Shown here: piece after piece, positions 37,242 through 62,419 of the stretch
Numbering within the stretch: position 1 is the stretch's first letter
Layout of the letters: each line of letters begins with the position of its first letter
Origin: the human T2T-CHM13v2.0 reference genome, Homo sapiens
Assembly: GCF_009914755.1 (NCBI RefSeq)
Contig: NC_060947.1
Length of the DNA: 64,000 nucleotides
Direction: 5' to 3' (one strand)
Translations under genes and position numbers: made by a program
Notes under the pieces: generated by a model
Database searches by the model: none
Told to the model about the DNA's origin: nothing
The model's input: the letters and a program-made list of their open reading frames with translations, nothing else

Positions 37242-37632
37242 AAGAAAGAGATAGAAAGAGAGAGAGAGAAAGGAAAGAAGGGAAACGAAGAAAGGAAGGA
37301 AGGAGGGAAGGGAAGGAAGGAAGGAAGGAAGGAAGGAGAGAAAAAAAGAAAGAAAAAAGAGAAAGAAAGAAAGAGAGAGAAAGAGAAAGAAAGAAAGAGA
37401 AAGAGAGAGAGAAAGAAAGAGAGAGAGAGAAAGGAAAGGGAAACGAAGGAAGGGAGGGAGGGAGGGAAGGGAAGGAAGGAATGAACGAAGGAAGGAGAGA
37501 AAAAAAGAAAAAGAAAGAAAGAAAGGAAGGAAGGAAGGAAGGAAGGAAGGAAGGAAGAAAGCAAGAAAGGAAGGGAGGAAGGGAAAGAAAAGGAAAGAAA
37601 GCAAAGAAAGCAAGAAAGAGAGAAAGAAAGAG
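37165..37632. repeat. Polypurine (GA/GAAA/GGAA)n tract
   Basis: Direct observation. Confidence 0.97.
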
Positions 37633-38169
37633 GTCTTAGGGTACAAGTGCCCGGGTCATTTTTGGTTCACTCAACTTCATTTTCAAGAATACCTGAGAAT
37701 CCATCCGCTTGTCTGAACACATAACGATGTGACTGTGAAGATCAGCTGGAAAATGCAAGAGGAAAACCAGGAACTTCCCACTGGCAACAAGCTGAGTAAT
37801 CAACTTGTCAGGCACAGTCCTTGCCCCAAGCAAATGCTTTGAAAATGATGAGTTTTGATCTTGTATTTGGTTGGGTCCTGTGCTTTCTGCTAGATACAGG
37901 AAGTTATGTGCTCCTTGTATTAACAGCAGACCAAGCCTCTTCCTATGTTATCATTGAAACTATTGATCAAGGACATGAATCTCTCTCTTTGATTATTAGC
38001 CCAGGAATGGAGTTAATTTATTTTATGAACATCACATAAAGTAACCAATGCTTTGGGCAGCTTCATTAGGACTTTTGAAAAGGCTTAGAAGGCAAATTGA
38101 ATGATTCAAGAGGCAACATAAGAGAAAGGATAATGGTTTGATGATATCTACACCATAATATCTCACTGA

Positions 38170-38519
<350 letters not shown>

Positions 38520-38727
38520 TGTAGATCAGTATTTTTATGTGAAGAGGAGAAGAGACACACATACCCATGCACTGAGGAAAGACAACTTGAAGATGGAGAA
38601 AAGACCACCTCCAAGTCAAGGAATGACTGGAGCTACCAGAAGCTAGCAGAGAAGCATGGTACCAGTTCTACTGCAGACTGCAGAAGAAACCAACCCCCCG
38701 CTAACACCTTGATTTTAAAACTTCTGA

Positions 38728-39214
<487 letters not shown>

Positions 39215-39387
39215 TTAAGTTACTCCAGTTCTAAGTACTTGAGAGCCGCTACTGTGTGTCAGCCTTTTCAGTTTGCTGTAACAAAATATCACATTGCTTA
39301 TAAACAACAGCCATTTATTGCTCATAGTTCTGCAGGCTGAATATCCAAGATCAAGGCTTGGCAGCTTCAGAGCCTGGGGAGAACCCA

Positions 39388-40156
39388 CTTCCTGGTTCAT
39401 AGACGGCACCTTCCCACAGTGTCCTCACATGGTGGAAGACACGAGGGAGCTCTGTGGGGTCTCGCTTCCTGGTTCATAGACGGCACCTTCCCACAGTGTC
39501 CTCACATGGTGGAAGAGACGAGGGAGCTCTGTGGGGTCTCGCTTCCTGGTTCATAGACGGCACCTTCCCACAGTGTCCTCACATGGTGGAAGAGACGAGG
39601 GAGCTCTGTGGGGTCTCGCTTCCTGGTTCATAGACGGCACCTTCCCACTGTGTCCTCACATAGTGGAAGAGACGAGGGAGCTCTGTGGGGTCTCGCTTCC
39701 TGGTTCATAGACGGCACCTTCCCACAGTGTCCTCACATGGTGGAAGAGACGAGGGAGCTCTGTGGGGTCTCGCTTCCTGGTTCATAGACGGCACCTTCCC
39801 ACAGTGTCCTCACATGGTGGAAGAGACGAGGGAGCTCTGTGGGGTCTCGCTTCCTGGTTCATAGACGGCACCTTCCCACAGTGTCCTCACATGGTGGAAG
39901 AGACGAGGGAGCTCTGTGGGGTCTCGCTTCCTGGTTCATAGACGGCACCTTCCCACTGTGTCCTCACATGGTGGAAGAGACGAGGGAGCTCTGTGGGGTC
40001 TCGCTTCCTGGTTCATAGACGGCACCTTCCCACTGTGTCCTCACATGGTGGAAGAGACGAGGGAGCTCTGTGGGGTCTCGCTTCCTGGTTCATAGACGGC
40101 ACCTTCCCACTGTGTCCTCACATGGTGGAAGAGACGAGGGAGCTCTGTGGGGTCTC
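39388..40156. repeat. VNTR, 10 near-identical copies of a 77-bp MLT1A-derived unit
   Basis: GCTTCCTGGTTCATAGACGG at 39464, 39541, 39618 and onward. Confidence 0.98.
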
Positions 40157-40320
40157 TTTTATAAGGACGCTGATAATCGTGTGCGGATCTGTTGCCTCCA
40201 AATCTCACGCTGAAATCTGATTCCCAATGTTGGAGGTAGGGCTGGCTGGAGGCATGTGGGTCACGGAAGTGGATTCCTCATACACGGCTTGGAGCCCTCC
40301 CCATGGTAATGGATGATTTC

Positions 40321-40762
40321 TTTTTTTTTTTTCCAGAGTTTTTTTTTATTTTTTTATGTTTTATTATACTTTAAGTTTTAGGGTACATGTGCACAACGTG
40401 CAGGTTACTTACATACGTGTACATGTGCCATGTTGGTGTGCTGCACCCATTAACTCATCATTTACATTAGGTATATCTCCTAATGCTATCCCTCCCCCTT
40501 CCCGCCACCCCACAACAGGCCCTGGTGTGTGATGTTCCCCTTCCTGTGTCCATGTGTTCTCACTGTTCAATTCCCACCTATGAGTGAGAACATGCGGTGT
40601 TTGGTTTTTTGTCCTTGCGATAGTTTGCTGAGAATGATGGTTTCCAGCTTCATCCATGTCCCTACAAAGGACATGAACTCATACTTTTTTATGGCTGCAT
40701 AGGATTCCATCGTGTATATGTGCCACATTTTCTTAATCCAGTCTATCATTGTTGGACATTTG
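40321..40762 (-). mobile_element. L1PA 3' end
   Basis: Antisense L1PA 3'UTR. Confidence 0.95.
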
Positions 40763-40875
40763 GCTACTTGAGATCGGGTTGCTAAAACGAGCCTGACACC
40801 TCCCTGCCTTCTCCCTCCTGTCTTCTCTCTCACCCTGTGACGTGCCAGCTGCTCTTCACCTTCCACCACGGTTGA

Positions 40876-41489
<614 letters not shown>

Positions 41490-41689
41490 TAACCAAGAAA
41501 TACCCTGACCTTTGTTTGTCTTCCAGAAAATACCTTATTCCAAAGAGTTCCCTTCCTCATAGGCCTTACATATAAGGCTTGTGGATGTCTCTTTTTCTAC
41601 TTAAGACAAAGCCAGATCCAAAACCTCCGAATTTCCCACCTTTGTCTAGTAAATGATGAGCTGAATTTCTTGTCCCATTGCCAGTCTAG

Positions 41690-42285
<596 letters not shown>

Positions 42286-42607
42286 CCTGAATTGATCAAA
42301 CTTTTCTTCCGATTCTCACTCCCTCCCCCCAGATCCATACACTTTGGCCCAGCCTCAGCCCGAGCCGACACACACAGCTTCTCCTTACTAGAGAACTGGC
42401 CAAACACTGGGAAAGACTTGTGTATTGTGTGCAAAGTGTATGAAGTTAGGAAGACCCACATGGCTCTCCCTGGACCCTGAGAGCTTACAAGGATCAATAT
42501 GTGAATATTAATTAAGTCTGGAGCTCAAAGCCTTTGCAGCCAGGAGTGCAATTGGTGTCTTCAATTTAGCCAAAAGCCGTGCTCTCAGGAGGCACTAAGA
42601 AACTGTG

Positions 42608-43075
42608 GGCCAGGTGCAGTGGCTTATGCCTGTAATCCCAGCACTTTGAGAGGCCGAGGCGGGCGGATCACAAGGTCAGGAGATCGAGACCATCCTGGCT
42701 AACACGGTGAAACCCCATCTCTACTAAAAATACAAAAAAAAATTAGCTGGGCGTGGTGGCGGGCACCTATAGTCCCAGCTACTCCGGAGGCTGAGACAGG
42801 AGAATGGCGTGAAACAGGGAGACGGAGCTTGCAGTGAGCCTAGATCGCTCCACTGCACTCCAGCCTGGGCGACAGAGCAAGACTCCGTCAAAAAAAAAAA
42901 AAAAAATAGCTGGACATGGTGGCAGTCACCTGTAATCCCAGCTACTCGGGAGGCTGAAGCAGAGAGTCGTTTGAACCTCGGAGGCGGAGGCGGCAGCGAG
43001 CTGAGATCGCACCACTGCACTCGAGGCTGGGCAACAGAGTGAGACTCCGTCTCAAAAAAATAAATAATAAATAAA
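42608..43075 (+). mobile_element. AluY-like element plus an extra right arm
   Basis: PolyA at ~42890-42906 followed by TAGCTGGACATGG right monomer. Confidence 0.93.
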
Positions 43076-43185
43076 ACCTGTGGAGTGGATGATTGAACAG
43101 ACAGGTGTCTGTAGCCAATAAAAGTGTGCATTTGCATGAGACCCATGGATGATACAATACTTTTTCTCCTAAGTCTGTAACACTG

Positions 43186-44610
<1,425 letters not shown>

Positions 44611-45417
44611 AGCTGCCCTTCCACTCGCTTCAAAGGGTGTCAAGCTCATTGCTGACTTGAGTCCTCATTCACCTCTGCCTCGAGTCTCCCTTGCTTCCAT
44701 TTGATCGCCTACGAGTTTCTGTCATTGGACTGCAGATGCGAAAGCATCCCCTTGGCATTTTGTCAGCGCCTCATCCTTACAGCAGAGACGCTGGCAGCTT
44801 GTCCCGTCTGCTGCCCGAAATCCTCTTTGCAGAACAGACAGGGTGCAAGATGGAGCATCCTGCTTCTTAAGCGATGGGTGTGTCTCTGTTTCTGAAGAGA
44901 CTGCACAAATGCTGTCTTTCTACCATTCCTGTTTGCTTCCTTTGGCCCTCTGCCTCCAGCCTCTTTCCGTGGGGCTGGATTTTCTCCCTGGATGAGCGTG
45001 CGAGAGAGTTGTGAGGTTGTGTCTGCCCTAAAAACCCTGCCCTTGTACTTGGCTCCTGACCTTGATGTCAGTAGAGATGCGCTTGCTGAGTCCTCCTGGG
45101 CAGCCTGCTCATCTGCCACAAGATGACAGCTCATCTCCAGGCAGCGTCATCCCCACGGCAACCCCTCAGCTTCCTCCCGTTCTCTGCTCCATCCTTCCCC
45201 TTGGACTCAGTGTGGAATCATTTCTACATCAGCGAAGCCCAGCTGCGGCCCCCAGGAGCTGTTCCTCCCTGCCTGGTCTGTCAAGTGTCTTTTTGACCCT
45301 TGCTGATTTGGGGGAAGAGAATTGGCTCACGGTCGGATTCTGCTGCTAACAGTAAACCTCCAGAGAGGATGCTCAGATCCAGCGGCGGGCGCTTTCCTGC
45401 TGCATTTTTTCAAAAAT

Positions 45418-46348
<931 letters not shown>

Positions 46349-46450
46349 AGGCTGGGCATGGTGGCTCACACCTGTAATCCCAGCATGTTGGGAGGCCGAG
46401 GCAAGCAGATCACTTGAGGTCAGGAGTTCGAGAGCAGCCTGGCCACATGG
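46349..46450 (+). mobile_element. Alu left-arm fragment
   Basis: Truncated at GGCCACATGG by the purine tract. Confidence 0.9.
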
Positions 46451-46877
46451 GAGGGAGGGGAGAGAGAGAGAGAAAGGAAGGAAGGAAGGAAGGAAGGAAG
46501 GAAGGAAGGAAGGAAGGAAGGAAGGAAGGAGGGAGGGAGGGAGGGGAAAGAGAGAGAGAAAGAACAAATGAACGAAAGAAAGAAAGAAAAGGAAGGAAGG
46601 GAAAATCTGCTGTGGGAGAAAGAAAGAAAGAAGAAAGAAAGAGAAAGAAAGGAAAAGGAAAGAAAGAAAATCTGCTGAAGGAGAAAGAGAGAAAAAGAAA
46701 GAAAGAGAAAGAAAGATCTGCTGAAGGAGAAAGAGAGAAAAAGAAAGAAAGAAAAAGGAAGAAAGATCTGCTGAAGGAGAAAGAAAGAGAGAAAAAGAAA
46801 GAAAGAAGAAAAAGAGAGAAAGAAAGAAGAAAGAAAGAGAAAGAAGAAAGTAAAAGAAAGAAAGAGAAAGAAAGAAA

Positions 46878-46934
<57 letters not shown>

Positions 46935-46990
46935 AAAAGAAAAAGAAAGGAAAGAAAGAAAAAAAGGAAAGAAGGAGAAATCTGCTGAGG
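46450..46990. repeat. Polypurine tract punctuated by ATCTGCTG
   Basis: Direct observation. Confidence 0.96.
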
Positions 46991-47667
46991 GATAGGACAT
47001 AATTACCTGGTGTTTTCCCAGACAGGGCACTTCCTCATTTCACACAATTGGGGGTCTATTCCCTTTTATCCTTCCCATTTTACGTGTCGTCCTTTTCTCT
47101 TGGCTCCCATGAGATACGCCTCTGGGTTTCAGAACGACTCTGCCCGTGGATGATATGGGAACTCTTATCAGCATTGTCAAACCTCCTGGGTGGAGGGGAG
47201 TAGGAGAAACTCCCATTTCTCTTTGTCCTCTGGGGAACTCACTCCATTTCTCTCCCAGAGACGATGTATCTGATATTAGATTGGCTATTTGGACATTGCT
47301 AGTGCAAAATGTTGACACTTCATTTTTCTCCTAAGTCATTACATCCACAGAGCAGGTCGTGTGTTTGTGTCTTGGAACGCAAGTTCTTAGGGACTTTCAG
47401 ATTTGTTTTGTCACTGAATTCTCTCCGGACGCCGGGCACTAGGCAGGCCCCATGAACATCCTGTTTTAGCAAACGTCTGAAACTCCAGGACTCATAAGTG
47501 GATGAATAAAGCAGTTGAGTTTTACATCTGTGTCTTCTGACATCTTTCATGAAGTGTTTCCTCAGCCTGACTGTACATCAAATTCACTCCAGATGTACCA
47601 TAAAAATGCATATTCCTGGTTTCTATCTCCGACGACTATAACTCGGTTAGACACCAGGTCTATCGTA

Positions 47668-48190
47668 TTTTTTTTGTTGTTGTTTGTTCGTTTACTTTAA
47701 GTTCTGGGGTACCTGTGCAGAATGTGCAGGTGTGTTACACAGGTATACATGTGCCATGGTGGTTTGCTGCACCCATCAACCCATCATCTAGGCTTTAAGC
47801 CCCGCAGGCATTACGTATTTGTCCTAATGCTCTCCCTGTCCTTGTCCCCCAGCCCCCAACAGACCCAGGTGTGTGATGTTCCCCTCTCTGTGTCCATGTG
47901 TTCTCATTGTTCAACTCCCACTTATGAGTGAGAACATGCGATGTTTGGTTTTCTGTTCCTGTGTGAGTTTGCTGAGAATGATGGTTTCCAGCTTCATCCG
48001 TGTGCCTGCAAAGAACATGAACTCCTCCTTTTTTATGGCTGTATAGTATTCCTTGGTGTCTATGTGCCACATTTTCTTCATCCAGTCTATCATTGATGGA
48101 CATTTGGGTTGGTTCCAAGTCTTTGCTACCATGCATAGTGCCTCAAGAAACATACATGTGCCTGTGTCTTTATAGTAGAATGATTTATTA
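47668..48190 (-). mobile_element. L1PA 3' end (older subfamily)
   Basis: Antisense L1 3'UTR with TTTAAGCCCCGCA motif. Confidence 0.92.
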
Positions 48191-48199
48191 ATTGTTAAT

Positions 48200-48662
<463 letters not shown>

Positions 48663-48802
48663 TGATGATTCTAACACTTACCCCACAGACAGGCATTCAG
48701 GGGAAACAGCACTCAAATTCTGCACAGAGATTCTTTGTAATTTTGCTATTATCTAACCTGGTTAATGAGCGTCTCTCAGCCAGGCTCATATTCTTCAACT
48801 AA

Positions 48803-49336
<534 letters not shown>

Positions 49337-49891
49337 TAGGAGGCAGTGAAGGACAAATATCCACATCACAATCCCCATTTGGACTGAACTGTCACCTGCA
49401 TTTCTGCAGAACCACATTTAATCCTATTCCACCTCCTGGAGATAAACAAGGTGTACCTCTTCCCTCTTCCCAGTAAAGTCAGCTAGGGAACGAGAGTCAG
49501 CGGCTGAGACTCCAGCGGCCATCTCCTTTGAGTCCTGGCTAAACTGTGCATGGTGTGGTACAGGAGAGAACGTGAAGGCCAAACTGGCCTCTCAACCCAC
49601 CCTGCCCCATATTTTTTGCAAGCGCAAGCTCTGCCATCCCCTCGTGGACTCAGCGGTGAAGTCCTTGATGAAACGATGTGGTTTCTCCATTGCTTGGACA
49701 ATCCTCCAAGCAAGGAGGAAAATTCAAGCTACCTGTCATCTGGATATTAAAATATACTTTGTAATTACTGGAATCATATGTGTTCAGACATCTCAATTGC
49801 AGGGAAAAATTAAGACGTCGTGGCCCAGTTACTTTGCAATTTCTGTGGAAATTTTCTGGAAATACATTCATTTTTTAAAAATGAATGCATA

Positions 49892-50265
<374 letters not shown>

Positions 50266-50528
50266 TCACCAAACATGTTATTGGGTTCCCTTGTTTGCAA
50301 GCAAGAAAGGAAAACCCTGGTCTTTTTTTTTTTTTTTTCAATCCTGCCATTTTTACTTTTATTAGTATCAAGCTGGAGCATCCAAGATGCTATTTACCTC
50401 GGCAGCCCGCTGGGTTTTTCCATTGCAACTGTGGGTTTTCTATTTGCAAAACAGCCACGGAGGCTTAGTACATATTTTCCGTATTTTGCCCTTGTAGCAA
50501 AGGCAAACATACGGGAATAGAAACATAC

Positions 50529-51426
<898 letters not shown>

Positions 51427-51440
51427 ATATGAAAATATGG

Positions 51441-51750
<310 letters not shown>

Positions 51751-52093
51751 AAAGACGGAAACGCAGTGGAGAGATCCTGTTAACGTCAGGCAAAGTACAC
51801 TTCAGAAGAATAACAATTACCACTGGTAAAATGGGACATTATCTAATGACAAAGGGGGCAATTCACCAAGAAGACAAAATGATTTTGATGATGTATTCAA
51901 CGCAAAACAAATCCTCGAAATACATAAAGCGAAAGAAGATACAGAATTGAGAGGAGAAATAGGTGAATGCATAATTCATTTCTTTTTAGAGATACGGTCT
52001 CTCTCTGTCGCCTGAGAGTTGGGAACACGAACATTCCTCTTTCAATAATTGATACATCAAGTAGAGACTTTTTAATAACACAATCAATCATTA

Positions 52094-52710
<617 letters not shown>

Positions 52711-53070
52711 TCAATCAACCAATCAATCAATGACTCAATGGACATTTCTAGAACATTCCACCAAGCGACAGCAGAAAATGCACGAAGTTTAAGTACCCAG
52801 CGAATGCCACAGAGATACAACATATTCTAAGCTGTAAAACAAACCTTAACGAATTTAAAACAATTAAAATAATACTTGCTACAGTCCTATAAATAATGAA
52901 ACCATTAATCAACAGCAGGAAGATATCTGGAAAATGCCCACATATTTGGACACTAAAAAGTTATCAGCTAAATGACTCATGGGTCAGAGGAGAAGCAAGA
53001 AGGGAAATTTTGAAATACTTTTAATTGAATGAAAATGAAATTATCAATGTATCAAAAATCGAGAAACATG

Positions 53071-53454
<384 letters not shown>

Positions 53455-53914
53455 CTATAATATATTCTAATACTTATTAGATAATATGCTTACTTTTTTT
53501 TTAGAAAAATGTCTGCAATCAATTATCTGATGTCCTATCCTTAAAAAAATTATTAAAAGAAGAGAAAAGTTTAGCCAAGTCAGGCAGAAGAAAAGAAATA
53601 ATAAAGATATAATTAGAAACAGAAAAAAAAATATGAAAAAATGAATAAATCTAAAATCAGATTCATGGAAGGGATCAAACATATGGATGGAGCTTTCACC
53701 AGAAAGAAAAACATAAAAATAAACCATAAACGTCACTAGTATCAGGGATGCAAGAGGGACATCCCTGTAGCCCCTATTGATACTAAAAGGATAATGAAAG
53801 GATACTACAAATGATTTTATGCACATAAAATTGGTAGCATTGATGTAAAGGCAAAGTCCTAGAGAGACACACACTACCAAACCTAACTCAAGAAGAAACC
53901 GATAACCTGAATAG

Positions 53915-54225
<311 letters not shown>

Positions 54226-54768
54226 AAATAAATGAATTCTTAGTTAACACCTTCCAACACAGAAAACTCTGCAGAGGTCTTCACTGGCCAATTCCATTAA
54301 ACAGTTATTGGAGGAAGATACCTAATTTTACCCAAACACTTCCTAAAATAGAAGAACACAGCATTTTCCAACCCATTGTATGAAGCCAACATTGTTACCA
54401 CAATACCAACATAAAGAGGAAAAATGTCAGACAAGAAAACCACAGACAGATATTCGTCATTCACCCAGAAGCAGAAATTCTCAACAGCGTATCAACAAAT
54501 CAAGGAAAACACCGTCTGGATATATGGCACCATGACCCTGTGAGGTTTATTTTATGAACACAAGAAGGGCTGTTTTTTAACATCGAAAAATCAATGTAAT
54601 TAGCTCAATCAAGCCACTAAAGAGAAAAATGTGTACAATCTTTTCAAAACATGCAGCAGAAGTACTTGACAAAAATGAAAATCAACTTGGAAATAAAAAT
54701 GCTGAGCCAAGTCTGCTTAACCCTATAGTGGGATCGACAGAAAACCCACAGCTAACTGTAACTCATAG

Positions 54769-55269
<501 letters not shown>

Positions 55270-55374
55270 TAGGAGACTGTTTTAACCTCAACGTGATGAT
55301 TCGTCCCGGCTCAATTCACAGAAGCTGGTGAAACAGTCGACACGGGTGTAACTTTCCATTTTCTGCCTCCGTGA

Positions 55375-55732
<358 letters not shown>

Positions 55733-55977
55733 GGGCCTCATTTTCCAAAGTCTTATCTTTCCTATGATGCTCTATTCATTTACAAGCATATATATATTTA
55801 AAAGGAAAACATGGACATCCTGCACCCATCATTCTACAGCTTGTTTTTCATTTCCAATGCACTGAAGATTGCTTCATGGTTTTGTATACGGAAATGCGTA
55901 GTTCTTTTCCTTTTTCTTGACTGCATACTATTCCGTTACATAAATGTACTGTGTAATATTTAACCCATTCCTTGTAG

Positions 55978-56368
<391 letters not shown>

Positions 56369-56509
56369 GTCATGAATATTTGTAGGGGAGAACTGGCTTT
56401 GAATTTGATATCCTTAAAGGTGAATGGAAATATAAACGGTAAATATAGTCTGACTGCTTCAACGTCCTGTCTTCAGAGGAGATGTGATTTTTTCACATCT
56501 GCCCTTTCA

Positions 56510-56988
<479 letters not shown>

Positions 56989-57159
56989 GCCCACATCTTA
57001 ATAGTGTTGTTTGTTGTTGTAGCTGTTTCAGTTCTTTGTATATTGTGAGTACGAGACTGTTTTAACCTCAATTTGATGATTCGGCCCAGCTCAATTCACA
57101 GAAGCTGGTGAAACAATCGATATAGGTGTAACCTTCCATTTTCTGCCTCCGTGAGATCA

Positions 57160-57442
57160 CGAGATGGAGTCTCACTCTGCCACTCAGAGCGGAATGCCGT
57201 GGTGCAATCTCAGTTCACTGAAACCTCTGCCTCCCGGGTTCAAGTGATTCTCCTATCTCAGTCTCCCGAGTAGCTGGGATTACAGGTGCGAGCCACCACG
57301 CCCAGCTAATTTTTGTATTTTTAGTAGAGATGGGGTTTTGCCATGTTGACCAGGCTGGTCTCGAACTCCTGACCTCAAGCAATCCTCCCACCTCGGCCTC
57401 CCAAAGTGATAGGATTACAGGTGTGAGCCTCCACGCCCAGCC
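57160..57442 (-). mobile_element. Alu lacking a poly-A tail
   Basis: Starts at GAGATGGAGTCTCACTC, directly after the duplicated flank. Confidence 0.92.
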
Positions 57443-57444
57443 CC

Positions 57445-57917
57445 TCTTTTCTCCCTCTTTGTCTCTCTTTCCTTCTCCTTTTTCACTCTCTCAGTATTTC
57501 TCTTCTGTCTTTCCCCCACTCCCTCTCTCTCTCCTTTCTCTCTCCTTTCTCAGTCTCCTTTCTCTCTCTCTTTCCCTCTCCTTTCTCAGTCTCCTTTCTC
57601 TCTCTCTTTCCCTCTCCTTTCTCAGTCTCCTTTCTCTCTCTCTTTCCCTCTCCTTTCTCTCTCTCTTTCCCTCTCCTTTCTGACTCTCTCTTTCTCAGTA
57701 TCTGTTTCCTCTCTCTCTTTTTCCCTCCTCTCCCTCTCTCTCTCTCTCAAAATCTCCCTCTTCCCCCTCTCACCCTCTCTCTTTCTTCCACCCTCTCTAC
57801 CCCACTCTCCATCTCTCCGTTTCTCTTCCTCTCTCCTTTTTTTTTCTCTCTCTCCTCTGTCTTCTCCATGGCCCTTCTTCCCTCTCTCTCTTCCTCTCCT
57901 TCTCTCCACTTTTCTCT
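57445..57917. repeat. Polypyrimidine (CT-rich) tract containing ~3 copies of a ~36-bp unit
   Basis: CTCCTTTCTCAGTCTCCTTTCTCTCTCTCTTTCCCT repeats. Confidence 0.95.
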
Positions 57918-58475
57918 CATACCCAGCCCTCAACAGAAACCACCACACTATGCACTGTCTGGCAATCCATATCCCCAAATCTTTATTCTCCTCTTGAGAG
58001 CAGCTTCTGAATTCTATTAGGTCCATCTCTCTACATCCTTTTACTTTCTTATCTCTGTTCTTATCTCTCTCTATTTTCTGAGCCACCGACGTCAGGGTAA
58101 CTCAGCAGATCAGGCTGTGAGATACTGAGATACCCACGGCAAAGGGAACGTGAAATGAGATGGGATCAAAACCCAGAACCGTCCGTCACTAACACCGTTC
58201 ACTTCTCTGCATAGCTCTGTCTTGTCTCCTCAAAGTGAGGACACAGGGAGAGAGACACTGTCGTGCAGCTTTTAAGAATTCAGGGTTGAGATTCTGATGC
58301 ATCTGGGAGGGGCCTGCTTGCAGGTGAAGTCAGTTGTTGGTGACAACGTGGCCGTGGGCTGGCCGGGATGATGGTAGCGTACACCTGCAAAGTTTGCTGT
58401 AAGAATTAAGAGATAATACCTGGAAGGATGCATGCAACAGGTGCTTAGCTGAATGCCTACAAACACTGTCTATAG

Positions 58476-58817
<342 letters not shown>

Positions 58818-58924
58818 AGTATCCCTTTTATTGTCATCTAACAACAACGTGTTTCTTTAACCTGCCCTGTGACCTGCAGAGTGAAATGGAACGATGCTTA
58901 TCTGGGCTGAATCACATATCAGAG

Positions 58925-59220
58925 CTCGATTCCTTTTCATGGCTGCATAATATTCCACGGTACAGATAAACCACATTGTGAGTATCCAGTCATCCACTGT
59001 TGGACATTTGGGTCATTTCCAGGGGCTGAGGGGTGAGGGGAAGGGGGGTGCCTGCAAATGGGAATGGGTTCTCCTCTGGGGGTGCCAGAAATGTTGTGGA
59101 ACTGGATACAGGGGGTGATCCCACAACATCATGAACGCAGTAAATGCCACTGAATTGTTCAGTATAAAATGGTTAAAATGGTAAATTGTGTGTTTTGTGT
59201 ATTTTACCACCATTAAAAAC
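58925..59220. mobile_element. Old L1M 3' fragments in both orientations
   Basis: TTCCTTTTCATGGCTGCATAATATTCC (antisense) and AATGCCACTGAATTGTTC...AAAATGGTTAAAATGGTAAATT (sense). Confidence 0.7.
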
Positions 59221-59229
59221 CTCTCAGAT

Positions 59230-59527
<298 letters not shown>

Positions 59528-59732
59528 TTTAGCTCTTTTTGTATTTTCTCTCCCTTTGACATAAATCTCCAGGCACGTCATTGGCACACCTGTATCACGT
59601 GTGTTTCTGTTTTTCTGCTTGCTTTAAGGTCAACCCTAGCTCCCGTTTTTGTCTGTTTATTTCTTTGTTTTTCCTGTTTCATTCTTGCACCAGTGAAAAT
59701 TCTCATTAAGTGAATCCTCACTCTCCTTTTCA

Positions 59733-60032
<300 letters not shown>

Positions 60033-60159
60033 TTAGTCAATTAATTAATTCAACTAATTATTAGTCAATTAATTACTTAATTAATTAAAAAGCAGAATAC
60101 CTGTTAGTAACTGGCCTAATTACCCTTCTCACAGTAGATGCAAACTCTGCCCTTATGTC

Positions 60160-60959
<800 letters not shown>

Positions 60960-61206
60960 AGGTATTTCTTTATAACAGGCTGAGAACTGACAAATACAGT
61001 CTCCTAAAGGCAGGCCTGGGCCCCATACAACATGCCACCTTGTGGGCTCACGGTGAAGCTTATATCATCACCGTGCTAACCTGAGCCGTTTCACTAGACA
61101 TGTTAACAGTCATAGCTACAGGTATCTGCAAACTGTACATCCCTGTCTTCATATTCAGGAAGCTCCCACATCGCCAAGCATCCTTTGCCCCAGGAAGAAA
61201 TAGTAA

Positions 61207-61502
<296 letters not shown>

Positions 61503-61936
61503 AGTAAACACACTTTTACAAATAAACTTTAATTTTCTCCCTTTCTTCTTTGTTTCTGTTTCTCAGTGCCCTCTGTCTGTATTTTTTTTTTTTTTTTCCA
61601 TAGCTGCCACCCTGGAGTCTTTCATTTCATCCTCGGCTTTTCTTCTGTCAGTCTCATTCACTGAATCTGCCCTTTGCTTCTCCAGCCAGGGTTCTTCTCC
61701 TCCATGCTCTGTTTGTCACATTCCTCTCGCTTCTGTTTTGATTTGTGTAACGGTGACAATAGATGTGAGGTCGGGATTAGCTGCCCCTAATTCTGTTCAG
61801 GTGAACACCACTTATATCTGCACTTCCCTTTTTCTCCGGAGGTCAGTCTTGCAGAGGAGAAAATGCAGGTTGGCTCAAAGATGCAATGTGAGTGTGACAT
61901 TTCTTCTATACAAAAAAAAAAAAAAAAATCGTGTTT

Positions 61937-62032
61937 TGCTTGAACCTGGGAGGCAGAGGTTGCAGTAAGCCAAGAAGGCGCCACTGCACTCCAGCCTGGG
62001 CAACAGAGTGAGACTCCATCTAAAAAAAAAAA
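61937..62032 (+). mobile_element. Alu right-arm fragment
   Basis: GCTTGAACCTGGGAGGCAGAGG...polyA. Confidence 0.9.
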
Positions 62033-62419
62033 TAGTGTTCTGAATATGAATAATGCCACCTGGTATGGGTGGCTAAATTACCCAAATTCACCCAATTGTT
62101 CACTAAAAGATGCTTTTCTCTTTTTTTTCCTGGTTTGACAGTATTGAGAGTGTAGTTTGAAAACAAAGAAGAGAACATGTTGCCTAAAGAGTGAAAGACA
62201 GGACAAGAGAGTTTGAAAATGGCACGGAAGAGCTTATCACAGTCGGACACTCATCTGAGGCTTCATTTCATCGAAAAGAAAATAGAAAAAGATAAAATAA
62301 AATAGAAAAAGAATTCCATTCTCCATGATGTAATTATTCATACCTAGTATTCGATAGTACAACAGGGTGACTATCGTCAAAATAATTTAATTGCACATTT
62401 TAAGATAACTAAAAGAGTA

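Noticed and set aside
44700-45400. GC-richer unique stretch with 60-123-aa ORFs as a possible exon
   Set aside because: No recognisable protein similarity, CpG island or convincing splice structure; a non-coding exon cannot be excluded
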